Shown: one piece after another, positions 9,937-20,208 of the stretch | How positions within the stretch are numbered: the first letter of the stretch is position 1 | Layout: every line of letters starts with the position of its first letter | Assembly: GCA_963668355.1 (NCBI GenBank) | Contig: OY764265.1 | Coordinates: 128,001 to 192,000 of the forward strand | DNA: 64,000 bases | Direction: 5' to 3' | Source of the DNA: Bdellovibrionota bacterium | Lineage (GTDB): Bacteria > Bdellovibrionota_G > JALEGL01 > DATDPG01 | The notes under the pieces: model-generated | What the model saw: the letters and a program-made list of their open reading frames with translations, nothing else | Told to the model about the DNA's origin: nothing | Database searches by the model: none | Made by a program: the position numbers and the translations under genes

Positions 9937-10028
9937 CGCGTTAGTTGACAGAGGATTCAGCCTTTCATAAAAGGCTTACTTCAAACCATTTTTTTGAATC
10001 AATCTTCGGTTAACGAAAGGGATGTCAC

Positions 10029-10772
10029 ATGGCTAAATTGGATGGGAAACTTGCGCTGGTTACAGGAGCCGCCCGAGGCATTGGGCAAGCCATTGCGGAA
10101 GAATTGGCTCGCGAGGGTGCAGATCTCGCCATCTGTGATTTGCAGAAAGACTGGCTCAAAGAAACGGCTGAACTGATTCAAAAATTGGGGCGAAAGGTTA
10201 ACACGTATTCCGTCAATGTGACGGACGCTCAAGCCGTCAGTGATGTCATTTCGTCCATTCAGAAGGACTTCGGGAAAATTGACATCCTCGTGAATAATGC
10301 AGGAATCACAAAAGACACGCTTCTTCCGAGAATGAAAGAAGAAGACTGGGACAGCGTGATTAATGTAAATCTCAAGGGAACGTTTCTTTTCACAAAGGCT
10401 GTAGCACGTCCCATGATGAAACAGCGATCGGGAACGATTGTAAACATTGCTTCCGTGATCGGTTTAATGGGAAATGCAGGCCAAGCAAACTATGCGGCAT
10501 CGAAGGCGGGCGTCATTGCCTTAACAAAGTCTTCCGCTAAAGAACTGGGCTCTCGGAACGTTCGAGTAAACGCTGTGGCTCCTGGATACATCGCCACAAA
10601 AATGACCGAAGTTTTATCGGAAGAAGCCAAACAACAAATGCTCAGCAACGTTCCCCTCCAAAGACCTGGAACGCCTAAAGATGTCGCCCGAGCAGTCGTT
10701 TTTCTCGCGAGCGAAGATTCTTCCTATACCACGGGACAAACCCTCACGGTTTCCGGTGGCATGGTCATGTAG
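10029..10772 (+). CDS. fabG: 3-oxoacyl-ACP reductase
   Basis: [41 protein letters not shown] end. Confidence 0.9.
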   Translation: MAKLDGKLALVTGAARGIGQAIAEELAREGADLAICDLQKDWLKETAELIQKLGRKVNTYSVNVTDAQAVSDVISSIQKDFGKIDILVNNAGITKDTLLPRMKEEDWDSVINVNLKGTFLFTKAVARPMMKQRSGTIVNIASVIGLMGNAGQANYAASKAGVIALTKSSAKELGSRNVRVNAVAPGYIATKMTEVLSEEAKQQMLSNVPLQRPGTPKDVARAVVFLASEDSSYTTGQTLTVSGGMVM

Positions 10773-10810
10773 CGCTTAAATCGCGCTCTGAAAAAGTTTA
10801 AATCTCGAAC

Positions 10811-11524
10811 TTAGTTCACAGAATGACTCACGGAACTCGATGAACCCGTTTGCTGAATGAGCAGATTCAAACGATCTCTCAATTGTTTTGGATTGATCGG
10901 TTTCACAAAGAAGGAGTCCACCCGAGAGACGTTGATCGCCTCTAAAAGCGCTTCGTTATCGCAGTAGGCCGAAACCATTAATTTTGGGGCCGAACAGAGA
11001 AGTTCATTCATTTGAATCAACATCTGTGTGCCTGTCATTCCTGGCATTCGTTGATCGGTGATCACGGCATCCACCGGTTGGTTCTTCACATAAGCGAGAG
11101 CTTCGTTGGGGTCCGTGAACGACTTGACTTCAAAGTCTCTTCTCAACGCGCGACGAAGAAGATCAACATTGTCTTTTAAATCATCCACAACCAAAACCAC
11201 GGGACGTCGTCGAAGGGGTGCCGTCGAAGTCATTCCCAGTAAAGTTTTTACAGCGCCTTGGGTTCGGGGTTCGGAAGCATGGAATCGAAATAGAAGATCT
11301 CGGTCTTGTTTGCACGTCTGATCTTCAGCATCCATCATCAAATAAGCAGGAACATTAATTTCGCGGGCAATTTTTTTCATCAACCCCCGACTGAAAATTC
11401 CTTTGAACAAGTTGTAAATCGTAATTCGACTCACATCCATCCGACGAGCAAACTCAGCAACAGATATCTTCTCAGCTTTTAGGTGCTCTCTAACCAGTTT
11501 TTCGACTTTCTTCATTTTTGCCAT
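10811..11524 (-). CDS. XRE/Cro-like HTH fused to a C-terminal receiver domain
   Basis: SVAEFARRMDVSRITIYNL HTH; VVDD, TDQRMP, SAY, KP receiver motifs. Confidence 0.8.
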   Translation of the reverse strand: MAKMKKVEKLVREHLKAEKISVAEFARRMDVSRITIYNLFKGIFSRGLMKKIAREINVPAYLMMDAEDQTCKQDRDLLFRFHASEPRTQGAVKTLLGMTSTAPLRRRPVVLVVDDLKDNVDLLRRALRRDFEVKSFTDPNEALAYVKNQPVDAVITDQRMPGMTGTQMLIQMNELLCSAPKLMVSAYCDNEALLEAINVSRVDSFFVKPINPKQLRDRLNLLIQQTGSSSSVSHSVN

Positions 11525-11554
11525 CGTATTCCCCTCTTCGTTAAGGAACTTCGA

Positions 11555-11619
11555 ATGTAAACATTAACTTTACATCCTGTTCCAGGGGGTAAGTTAGTTC
11601 TTACAATGCAGCGGGTCAA
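11555..11619 (-). promoter_or_regulatory. Promoter and operator-like inverted repeats upstream of the HTH-REC gene
   Basis: Minus-strand TTGACC-N17-TAACTT (11619-11591); ATGTAAA-N7-TTTACAT at 11555-11575; GTAAG-N6-CTTAC at 11589-11604. Confidence 0.55.
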
Positions 11620-11629
11620 TCAGATTCTT

Positions 11630-12811
11630 TCAATTTTTGCACACATCTAGAAGGGCCTGCGTAAAGCCCTCTTTCGTCTTATCAAAACGGGAATACGCCA
11701 ATTGCTTGGATTGAGTCCCAATATTTCCCCGTAATTCAGAGTGTTTACCCAAGAGCTGAATCTTTTCGGCCAACGATGTTGAGGAAAAAGCTTTGAAATG
11801 GAGCGCTTCTTTCCCGTCTCTCATGACCTCACTGGCTCCGCTATTATCCGGAATGATGGCCGGAATACCGAAAAAAGCCCCTTCCATAGGAACCAAACCA
11901 AAGGGCTCCGGATCCAAGGAGGGCATGACTGAAACATCGAAATCCAATAAGTAGGGCTTTGGATCACTCAGAAATCCCGTGAATAACGTTTGAGTATCAA
12001 TCCCCAGATGAACCGCCATTTTTCGATACTCTGCAAGTAAGTCCTTTCGCAAACTGGGATCATTTCCTCCAATAATGACCAGCATCGAATTAGGAAGATC
12101 TTCCTTCGCTTTCTGAAAGGCTTTCATCAATAAGGGAACGCCTTTTCGCTCAATCAATCTCCCCATAAACCCAACGATGAAAACTTTGGAATCCAATCCA
12201 TACTCTTTACGCAATAAGGGCGTTTGATCCGCAAAATCTTCCCCATCAATGGTGTCGTACACGATTTCAACTTTTCCGGTGGATTCATAAGCTTTCGTCG
12301 ACACCTTCGAAACCGCAATGACTTTCTTCACGGACTTCCGCCTCGCAAAAAAACGAAAACAAAGCTTTTCGAGAAAAGAGGACAACCATTCCCGAGAATG
12401 CAAAATAACTTTTTTCCCGGACCACAATCCAGCCATCGCGCAGACCGGGAAATGAATTAAATGGTTGGCGTAAATCATGTCGACATCTAATTCATCCGCC
12501 AAGTTCGCCAAGTCTTTTGCAATCTTTCGAAACAAAAAAATGTTCGCAAGCTTTTCCAGGATCTGGATTCGCAAAAAACACGGGAGAGACATCGCAGTTT
12601 TCCCAAAGCGCTCGGCTAAATTGGAATTATAGTGAATCGTAGCCCCCGCCTCCTTGAGCGGTTTTCCCACCACTCCATCAAATGGCAAAACAATATGTGC
12701 TTCAATGACCTTGGGATCAAACCCGCGAATCATGGTCAACAGAGCTTTGCCTGCTCCTCCTCCACTGACCGACGAATTGACAAAGAGGATGCGCGTTGGC
12801 CTTGCCTCCAT
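11630..12811 (-). CDS. Glycosyltransferase family 4 (GT-B)
   Basis: GGGAG N-terminal loop, GRLIERKG, EPFGLVPMEG (ExxxxxxxE); start taken at MEARPTR just after the flippase stop. Confidence 0.88.
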   Translation of the reverse strand: MEARPTRILFVNSSVSGGGAGKALLTMIRGFDPKVIEAHIVLPFDGVVGKPLKEAGATIHYNSNLAERFGKTAMSLPCFLRIQILEKLANIFLFRKIAKDLANLADELDVDMIYANHLIHFPVCAMAGLWSGKKVILHSREWLSSFLEKLCFRFFARRKSVKKVIAVSKVSTKAYESTGKVEIVYDTIDGEDFADQTPLLRKEYGLDSKVFIVGFMGRLIERKGVPLLMKAFQKAKEDLPNSMLVIIGGNDPSLRKDLLAEYRKMAVHLGIDTQTLFTGFLSDPKPYLLDFDVSVMPSLDPEPFGLVPMEGAFFGIPAIIPDNSGASEVMRDGKEALHFKAFSSTSLAEKIQLLGKHSELRGNIGTQSKQLAYSRFDKTKEGFTQALLDVCKN

Positions 12812-12812
12812 T

Positions 12813-14387
12813 TTATCTTTCCACCTTTTCGTGGGTGATAGATGGGGAGGTTTTATTATTTGCTTCCTCTTTTCTCCCAATGCCAGAAAGAAACGCTTTT
12901 ACCCAACGAATGAGATTTCTCTCACTCCGTTCCGCCTTGAAGAAAAAGAGACCTAAAACATAGACCAATAAGAAAAACGTAAATTTTGTCCCCCACAACA
13001 TCCAAGACTCAAACGGCAACAGAAGGCCGCACAGCCAGCCAACCAACAAAGCAATCGCAAAGGAAGCAAGCGATTTGAGCTGCCGACGCTCCAAAGGATG
13101 TACATTCAATAAACGAATGGACTGAATGTAGAGGAGAACCGCCTGACCAAAAAAAGAAATGGTTGTTGCGATGGCAGCTCCATTGATTCCCCAGATGGGA
13201 ACCAACAAAACCAACAGGATTAAATTCACAACCACTAAAGCAATGGTGTTCAGAAGCGTGGTGTAGGCATACCCCGTAATGGACAACACACCTTCCGGCA
13301 TTCCAGAGACGACATACAAAACTTGGCTCACGGCTAAAATCGCCAATGAGACAGCTCCGAACGTAAAATCGCCCCCAAAAGCCTCAAGATAGGCCGTAGG
13401 AACGAGCCACATGGTTCCCAAAGCGGCCAAAGAGGGAATCAAGGACCACCGAATGGAGGTCGCCACTTGACGCGTCAAACGCTCATGAGCTCCTTCAATA
13501 TGAAGTTTTTGTGTAAGAGGCATTAAAACGGGCAAAAATGCGGAGCGCATTTTTCTCAACAGTCCGGAGATCTCGATTACGGCCGCATAGGCACCCACAT
13601 GAGATAAAGGCAAAAACCTTCCGATCACCATCAAGTCCAAACGAAATTTGAACAGGGAAAGAAATTCCATCCCTCCCATGCCCAAGCTCGCATGAAATAA
13701 GGTCGACCAATCAATACGAATTTTCTCTTCTGTGGTTTCGGGAAACAGGCGATGGGCGAAATACAAAGAAAGCAAAAGCATCGCCAAGGCCGAAACGTTG
13801 TGGGCAATGGCAAGGCCAATGACGCCCATATTCTCATTTAAAAGAATGACCCCGACGACCAAGACCACCAAAGGTTCAATCAGAGAGCGAACAAGATTTT
13901 CGTAGCGCATGTCCAATTTGGGTCGAATCGCATGCAGAAGAATATAAGCTCCCGTCAACCCCGGAACGCCCCAGGCAAAAACCTTTAACGATTCTGAAAG
14001 TTCCGGAGTCTTCAAAATGAAATCACATAACCAAGGCGCCATTACATAGAGAAGAACTGAGGCCAGAACACTGGCCCCCAACCCCATCAACAGAATGATC
14101 GACAGTGTTTTTCGAATGTGATGACTTTTTCCTGCGCCTTGAAGGTCTCCGAGAATTTTCATCGATCCAAACGTCATTCCCATCATGGAGATCTTGCTCA
14201 CGAGTTCCTGGATTGCAAAACCCAGCATGTACAACCCAAATCCCTCGACTCCAAGGCTGTGCGAAAAAATAACCAAGAACAAGGGACGCAAGGCCCGCGC
14301 GAAAATTCCGACGGTATTTACCCAAACCCCCTTAGAAAGAGATCTTTGATCTGCCTGATCTGCCTGATCTGCTGACGAATCGGTCAT
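12813..14387 (-). CDS. MOP/Wzx-like oligosaccharide flippase
   Basis: About 14 TM segments; LGVEGFGLY, RLDLMVIG, VGAYAA, LLVPIWGINGAAIAT. Confidence 0.82.
   Translation of the reverse strand: MTDSSADQADQADQRSLSKGVWVNTVGIFARALRPLFLVIFSHSLGVEGFGLYMLGFAIQELVSKISMMGMTFGSMKILGDLQGAGKSHHIRKTLSIILLMGLGASVLASVLLYVMAPWLCDFILKTPELSESLKVFAWGVPGLTGAYILLHAIRPKLDMRYENLVRSLIEPLVVLVVGVILLNENMGVIGLAIAHNVSALAMLLLSLYFAHRLFPETTEEKIRIDWSTLFHASLGMGGMEFLSLFKFRLDLMVIGRFLPLSHVGAYAAVIEISGLLRKMRSAFLPVLMPLTQKLHIEGAHERLTRQVATSIRWSLIPSLAALGTMWLVPTAYLEAFGGDFTFGAVSLAILAVSQVLYVVSGMPEGVLSITGYAYTTLLNTIALVVVNLILLVLLVPIWGINGAAIATTISFFGQAVLLYIQSIRLLNVHPLERRQLKSLASFAIALLVGWLCGLLLPFESWMLWGTKFTFFLLVYVLGLFFFKAERSERNLIRWVKAFLSGIGRKEEANNKTSPSITHEKVER
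14347..14373. repeat. In-frame 9-bp tandem repeat (TGATCTGCY)x3 encoding ADQADQADQ
   Basis: tgatctgcc tgatctgcc tgatctgct at the flippase N-terminus. Confidence 0.8.
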
Positions 14388-14526
14388 GAATTGCTTCTGT
14401 CTATCTCACCCTTGGCATAAGCAAGGATTGTTTCGGTTTTCGCGTTCCTTCGATCTAAATTTGGGCGTTAATATCAGCAAGTTAGGTCCAAGACAACTTC
14501 CGAAAATCCCTTGAGACGATTCCCCA

Positions 14527-14566
14527 TTGAGGTCGAGAAACGAATATTCTATACTGATCTAGATCA
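14527..14566 (+). promoter_or_regulatory. Putative sigma70 promoter of msrBA with a palindrome over the start region
   Basis: TTGAGG-N17-TATACT (14527-14555); TGATCTAGATCA at 14555-14566. Confidence 0.5.
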
Positions 14567-15645
14567 TGAATTGTTGTGGTTTTGAGATCTGGAAATACGG
14601 GGTGACGGGGCTAACGCTCCTGGGCATGCTGTTTCAGGCCCCCCTTTCTTTGGCCAAGACCTCAGCTCCCGCGAATCCCCAGAAAGTGAAAAAAATGAGT
14701 TCTTTCAAAAAATTAAGCGAGACCGAATTGAAACAAAAACTGAGCAAATTGCAGTATCACGTCACTCAAGAGGACGGGACTGAACCTCCCTTTCAAAATG
14801 AATACTGGGACAATCAGGAGCCCGGCATCTATGTCGATGTGGCTTCTGGAGAACCCCTCTTCAGCTCCTTGGACAAATACAAATCGGGCACGGGTTGGCC
14901 CAGTTTCACCCGTCCTCTTGACCCCGAAAATATTGTGACAAAAACAGATCAGAAACTTGGAATGGAAAGAACGGAAGTTCGCTCCAAACACGGAAATTCC
15001 CACCTGGGACACGTATTTCAAGATGGTCCCGCCCCCACGTTTCAGCGTTTTTGCATGAATTCGGCCTCTCTTCGCTTCATCCCAGCCTCTGAACTGGAAA
15101 AGGAAGGCTATGGCCAATACGCTCATCTTTTCAATAAAGATGAAACCCATGTGAAAAAGCAAAGCGAAGTCGCCATTTTCGCAGGCGGATGCTTTTGGGG
15201 CGTGGAAGAAATTCTCCGAAACATAAAGGGCGTTACTCATACGGAAGTCGGATACACGGGGGGAAAAACCAAAAATCCGAACTACAACGAAGTGAAAAAA
15301 GGAGATACGGGACATACAGAAGCGGTACGTGTCGAGTTTGACCCCTCCGTTCTCTCTTACGAGGAATTGCTATCCTATTTCTTCCGATTACACGATCCCA
15401 CGACCCCTAATCGACAAGGCAATGATGTCGGGACGCAATATCGATCCGTGATTTTTGTGGCGGATGACGCTCAAAAGAAAACCGCCGTAGAGGTCAAGAA
15501 ACGGATCAACGAATCGGGAAAGTGGAAAAACCCCGTGGTGACAGAAATCGTTTCGGCCTCGACGTTTTACCCCGCAGAAAGCTTCCATCAGGACTACCTT
15601 CAAAAGAACCCAAATGGATATACCTGTCATTGGCTAAGGGACTAA
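14566..15645 (+). CDS. msrBA: Fused peptide-methionine sulfoxide reductase MsrB-MsrA with possible signal peptide
   Basis: MsrB: GTEPPF, GWPSF, HLGHVF.DGP, RFCMNS; MsrA: GCFWG, GHTE, HDPT, QGND.G.QYRS, GYTCH. Confidence 0.93.
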   Translation: MNCCGFEIWKYGVTGLTLLGMLFQAPLSLAKTSAPANPQKVKKMSSFKKLSETELKQKLSKLQYHVTQEDGTEPPFQNEYWDNQEPGIYVDVASGEPLFSSLDKYKSGTGWPSFTRPLDPENIVTKTDQKLGMERTEVRSKHGNSHLGHVFQDGPAPTFQRFCMNSASLRFIPASELEKEGYGQYAHLFNKDETHVKKQSEVAIFAGGCFWGVEEILRNIKGVTHTEVGYTGGKTKNPNYNEVKKGDTGHTEAVRVEFDPSVLSYEELLSYFFRLHDPTTPNRQGNDVGTQYRSVIFVADDAQKKTAVEVKKRINESGKWKNPVVTEIVSASTFYPAESFHQDYLQKNPNGYTCHWLRD

Positions 15646-15672
15646 GATGAGGTAGAAGCGACCTTCACGCAT

Positions 15673-15954
15673 ATGAAGGTCCTAAAAACATCCTCCTGCA
15701 TCTTGGTTTTTTCTTTGCTCCTTACGGGACTCCTTCCCCAAAGGGCCCATGCGGCAAGGGGCCGGGACTACGTGATGGTCACTTCTGGAACCTTGAGTGT
15801 CGCGCTTCTGGGAATCTTGGTGGTTCAAGCCATTCGTTCGGAGGAAAAAGAGGAAACCGGTGAGAAAAGCACCTCTTCTCCGGTTCTTTTACCCCAAGAG
15901 AAAGCCTCCCAGGCCATGGAGAATTTGGGAAATCTCCCAAAGGAGGGGCGATGA
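15673..15954 (+). CDS. Small exported/membrane hypothetical protein
   Basis: Signal-like N-terminus ending AHA, one further TM segment; ATGA overlap with the next gene. Confidence 0.6.
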   Translation: MKVLKTSSCILVFSLLLTGLLPQRAHAARGRDYVMVTSGTLSVALLGILVVQAIRSEEKEETGEKSTSSPVLLPQEKASQAMENLGNLPKEGR

Positions 15955-17471
15955 CGCCTAAAATCTGGCTTTTTACGATTCTTTCTTGCGCTCTCTTCGT
16001 CTCCTTTAACTCCAAGGCTTCCACTCTTTTTCGTCCAGACTCGGTGGAATTGGAACAAATGGATCACCTCGTTTCTCAATCCTCAAAAATTGTTCATCCC
16101 TGGAGCATTCAGCCCATTTCTCACGAATACATGGCGGACCTGCTGGAACAAATCGAGCCTGAATCCACGTATGAAAAGCAATTCACTGCGTTCCTAAAGC
16201 GATACATGAACGCACACTCAGTTTCCTCTGAAACTTCCTGGTTGGATCTAGAAGCCCGATTGGGCTACTCGATGACCAATTCTCGTCCCGTTCAACTTCT
16301 CCAAATCGATGCCGTTTCAAATCCCCTTCTAAGTGGAAATGAAGGCATGTTCTCTTACAGAGGGCACCATGGATTCTTGGGGATGAGAGTTCAGGGAGAA
16401 TGGAATAACCACCTCTCATTTTCCGCACTACCCACGCTTCGTCTCACGTCCAACGATGTTTTGTTGAACGACTCCGCATCCTTTTATCTCCCAGAAGCTT
16501 TGCTCACCTTCCGCTTCAATAAATTTGCAATGGAAGCGGGAAGAGGAGCCATTCGTTGGGGGAATGGACGGTTTGGACATCTATTGTTCTCGGGAGATCA
16601 TTATCCCCTCTACCTGGCCAGGCTCCGGTCAAATGAACCCGTTTCCTTGCCGGGATTTTTACGTTTCCTTGGCCCCATGCGATTCGAAGCGTTTTTCTCT
16701 CAACTCGACAAAAACCGAGAGTTCCCTCATGCCAAACTCATCGGAATGCTCTTTGTATTTGCTCCCCACCCTCGCCTTGAATTCAGTCTGGGACAAACGG
16801 TTTTATATGGAGGGGATGGAGCTCCGACCAACAATCCTTTGGTTTATTTTTCTGAAAAAGTGGCCGACGCCTCCAATCCAGCAAATCGAAACTTTTTAAT
16901 TTCTGCCAGGTATCGCATTCCTGGTCTCGAAATTGAACCCTATGCGGAAATGTTGGTGGAGGATTGTTGCGACATCAACTTTTTCAATCCCAGGGACGTG
17001 GTTAATCTTTATGGGATTTACTTCCCAAGAATTGACCCTTCAGGAAAAGCTGACTTTGCTTTTGAATGGGTTCGAACCAATCACATCACCTACCGCCACA
17101 ATCCTTATTCATCCGGATATGTATACAACGGTCGAAACCTTGGACACCCTCTTGGGCCCGATGCCAATGGCATCTATGGAATTTTGAGATACTTTCACAC
17201 CCCTTCGTTGATGGCCAAAATGGTCGTTGCTTACGAGATTCGAGGAAGACTCGAATACTCTTTTTCAAAGAATGACATTCGAACGGCCGTTCCAAGTTTT
17301 CAGGCTCCAGAGGATCGTCTGTGGGTTCGGTTCAAGGTGGACTGGGCACCTCATCCTGGAATGCATTTCTCCCCGGAAATCGGTCTAGAGCGCGTGACCC
17401 ATGAAGGGTACCAACTCCATGAAGACCATTGGCAAGGCACGGGCGGAGTAGAATTTCGGTACGTATTCTAG
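15951..17471 (+). CDS. Capsule assembly Wzi-family outer-membrane beta-barrel
   Basis: Signal peptide; GR...WG.G..G.LL.S, LE.SLGQTVLYGG, YSSGY.Y.GR.LGHPLG.D motifs; terminal Phe. Confidence 0.75.
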   Translation: MTPKIWLFTILSCALFVSFNSKASTLFRPDSVELEQMDHLVSQSSKIVHPWSIQPISHEYMADLLEQIEPESTYEKQFTAFLKRYMNAHSVSSETSWLDLEARLGYSMTNSRPVQLLQIDAVSNPLLSGNEGMFSYRGHHGFLGMRVQGEWNNHLSFSALPTLRLTSNDVLLNDSASFYLPEALLTFRFNKFAMEAGRGAIRWGNGRFGHLLFSGDHYPLYLARLRSNEPVSLPGFLRFLGPMRFEAFFSQLDKNREFPHAKLIGMLFVFAPHPRLEFSLGQTVLYGGDGAPTNNPLVYFSEKVADASNPANRNFLISARYRIPGLEIEPYAEMLVEDCCDINFFNPRDVVNLYGIYFPRIDPSGKADFAFEWVRTNHITYRHNPYSSGYVYNGRNLGHPLGPDANGIYGILRYFHTPSLMAKMVVAYEIRGRLEYSFSKNDIRTAVPSFQAPEDRLWVRFKVDWAPHPGMHFSPEIGLERVTHEGYQLHEDHWQGTGGVEFRYVF

Positions 17472-17507
17472 ATAAACCCGTTAGATCCGCTAAAATCACT
17501 TCCAACA

Positions 17508-20018
17508 ATGGGACCCTTAAATAGCAAAAATCTTTCGGGAAGTTTTTACCGACATCCCTTTATCTGGCTCACCGCAATCCTCTTGACGGTTCTTCCCGCT
17601 TTCTTTTTCGCGAAGAAGTTGACGTTGGAAAGCGATTTCAAACGTCTTCTTCCTTCGGACAAACAAAGCGTCATTGTCCTCAACCGAATCATTGAAAAAG
17701 TCGGAGGAGTGGGCAGTCTGGCCATTGCCATCGAGTGCGAGGATTACAAAGCTACGGAAAGATTCATGGAGGACCTGGCCGTAGAACTTCGAAAGCTTCC
17801 GGAAAAATATGTTCGCTTTCTGGACTACAACGTCTCCAAAGCCAAACAATTTTTCAAAGATAATCGCTACCTTTATATGGAATTGGAGGATTTGAAAGAA
17901 ATCCACGACCGCCTCGCCAAAAAAATTCGCTACGAAAAGCTTCAACAAAACCCGTTTTATCTTTCTCTGGAAGAAGATGAGGCTGAGTTTGACCTGAGTG
18001 ATATTGAGGAAAAGTACAAAGGAAAAACCTCTAAATATGATGGCTACACGGATGGTTATTTCTTTGGGGAAAATAACAAACTGGCCGTCATGTTGGTTCG
18101 ACCGCATGGGAGTTCGACCGGAATGGCTTTTTCCAAAGACCTCATGGCCAAAGTTCAAGCCGAAATCGATAAGCTCGATCCCAAAAGCTATCACCCCTCC
18201 ATGACAACCAGCTTTACGGGGAAATATAAACGAACCATCGAAGAATATGACCAGTTGCTCACGGACGTTCTGGAAACCTTGGCCATCTGCCTCTTTCTGG
18301 TCGCGTTGGTGATCTATTTCTATTTTTGGCGATTTCGCGTGATCTGGTTTCTCACGCTCCCCCTGGGCATCGGCGTTCTATGGACCTTTGCCTTAACCAA
18401 ACTGCACATTGGCTACCTCAATTCTCAAACGGCTTTCCTGGGAAGCATCATCATCGGAAATGGTGTTAACTCGGGAATCATTCTTCTGGGAAGATATTTT
18501 GAGGAACGACGACAAAAGAAGAAAGTTGAAGATGCCATTCGCACAGCCGTTCGAACCACCTGGTTGGGAACGCTTACAGCAGCCATCACGACCAGTGCAG
18601 CTTTTGCCGCTCTAAGTTTTTCTGAAATCAAAGGGTTTAGCCAGTTTGGTTTCATCGGGGGCCTTGGAATGACGTTTTGTTGGCTCGCCACCTACTGCAC
18701 ACTTCCTCCCCTCTTGGTGATTTCTGAACGCATTCGCCCCATTGTCAGAGACAAAAGGACCGTTCCCAATCAATGGGCCAGCATCCTTCACCCCATTGCC
18801 GCCCTCGTCTCTCATTCCCCCCGACTCATTGGTTTAACGGGAATCTTTCTCGCCGTGGCCTCCGTCGGTTTCTTTTTGCGATTTGCCCCAAACGCGTTGG
18901 AGTATGATTTTTCCAAACTCAAAAACAAACCCACCCAGAAGCAAATGGAACATGCGGTGGGAGATCGAGTAGATAAGATCTTTGGGAAAAATCTTTCACC
19001 TGCCGTCATTTTGCTAGATCACGAGGACCAGGCCAAAGATGTGTGCGATGCCATCATGAAGCGGGAGGAAAATCTCTCCGAAGTGGAGAAAACCATTGAT
19101 GCATGCATGACTCTCAACTCGTATCTTCCTCAAAACCAAAAAGAAAAATTGAAAGTCATTCAACAAATCAAGGTCCTTCTTCGTGACAAGTCTTTGAATT
19201 TTGCGAAAAAATATCGGAAAGAGATTGATGATTTTCGAGAGGCCGTAAATTTAAAAGAGATCAAACTTGCGGATCTTCCCGGACCGCTCAAACGAAACTA
19301 TGAAGAATTGGACGGACGTCTTGGGCGAATCACCTACGTCTATCCACGGCCAACAGCGACATTAACCTATGGGAAACGTCTCATTAAATTCGCAGATGTT
19401 CTTCAATCCGTTCGTTTACCGGATGGAAGCGTCGTTCACATGTCAGGTGACGCGGCGATCTTTGCCGACTTACTTCGGGCTGTCATTCACGATGGTCCGT
19501 TGGCTACGCTGTTTTCGTTTTTGGGCGTGGCCTTTTTGGTCATCATCAGCATGCGACGAATCCGCTCGGTGGTCTACATTTTGGGAGGATTGCTCTTCGG
19601 AATCATTTTCATGCTGGGGTTGGAAGCTCTTCTCCACATTAAGTTGAATTTCTTCAATTTCATTGCTTTGCCCGTAACATTTGGAATCGGCGTGGATTAC
19701 GGAGTCAATCTATTCCAGCGATATCGCATTGAAGGAAACCGTTCGGTCCCAAAGGCGATCGGCACGGTGGGAGGAGCCATCATTCTTTGTTCCTTAACCA
19801 CCATCATCGGCTATTCGAGTCTTTTGACCGCACGAAACCAAGCGTTGGCCTCGTTTGGCTGGCTGGCTCTTCTGGGAGAGTTTTCGTGTCTATTTGCCTC
19901 CATCGTCGTGATGCCAGCATTTCTGTATTGTTTTGATGAATGCAAGCGCCAGCCCTCCCATTGTGGATCGGAACGACGAAAGCAACCCCGATCTGAACTG
20001 AACCCGAAGGATAAATAG
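17508..20018 (+). CDS. MMPL family (RND superfamily) lipid transporter
   Basis: Two 1+5 TM repeats with large periplasmic loops; GIGVDYG, TTIIGY. Confidence 0.85.
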   Translation: MGPLNSKNLSGSFYRHPFIWLTAILLTVLPAFFFAKKLTLESDFKRLLPSDKQSVIVLNRIIEKVGGVGSLAIAIECEDYKATERFMEDLAVELRKLPEKYVRFLDYNVSKAKQFFKDNRYLYMELEDLKEIHDRLAKKIRYEKLQQNPFYLSLEEDEAEFDLSDIEEKYKGKTSKYDGYTDGYFFGENNKLAVMLVRPHGSSTGMAFSKDLMAKVQAEIDKLDPKSYHPSMTTSFTGKYKRTIEEYDQLLTDVLETLAICLFLVALVIYFYFWRFRVIWFLTLPLGIGVLWTFALTKLHIGYLNSQTAFLGSIIIGNGVNSGIILLGRYFEERRQKKKVEDAIRTAVRTTWLGTLTAAITTSAAFAALSFSEIKGFSQFGFIGGLGMTFCWLATYCTLPPLLVISERIRPIVRDKRTVPNQWASILHPIAALVSHSPRLIGLTGIFLAVASVGFFLRFAPNALEYDFSKLKNKPTQKQMEHAVGDRVDKIFGKNLSPAVILLDHEDQAKDVCDAIMKREENLSEVEKTIDACMTLNSYLPQNQKEKLKVIQQIKVLLRDKSLNFAKKYRKEIDDFREAVNLKEIKLADLPGPLKRNYEELDGRLGRITYVYPRPTATLTYGKRLIKFADVLQSVRLPDGSVVHMSGDAAIFADLLRAVIHDGPLATLFSFLGVAFLVIISMRRIRSVVYILGGLLFGIIFMLGLEALLHIKLNFFNFIALPVTFGIGVDYGVNLFQRYRIEGNRSVPKAIGTVGGAIILCSLTTIIGYSSLLTARNQALASFGWLALLGEFSCLFASIVVMPAFLYCFDECKRQPSHCGSERRKQPRSELNPKDK

Positions 20019-20208
20019 CTGTTATTATACTGGTTTTTAACGCCTTGACTTTCTCTCAAGAAACGTAGAAAAAAGTTCTGACGAGTTGCGTCAGCGGACC
20101 CTTATATGGACTTTTTACATAGGACTGTTATTTTCTCTTTAGAGACAATGACTTAGAGATGGAAATTGGTTTTCCAGCTGAGTTCTGAAAGTTAAGGCAG
20201 ACCTTTTC

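Noticed and set aside
9945..9976. TTGACA plus AGCCTTT-CATA-AAAGGCT hairpin before fabG
   Set aside because: The -10 box is poor and there is no U-tract; I cannot decide between promoter, operator and terminator.
12812..12880. Long N-terminal extension of the GT4 overlapping the flippase
   Set aside because: An ATG at 12811 right after the flippase stop aligns with the start of the paralogous GT4.
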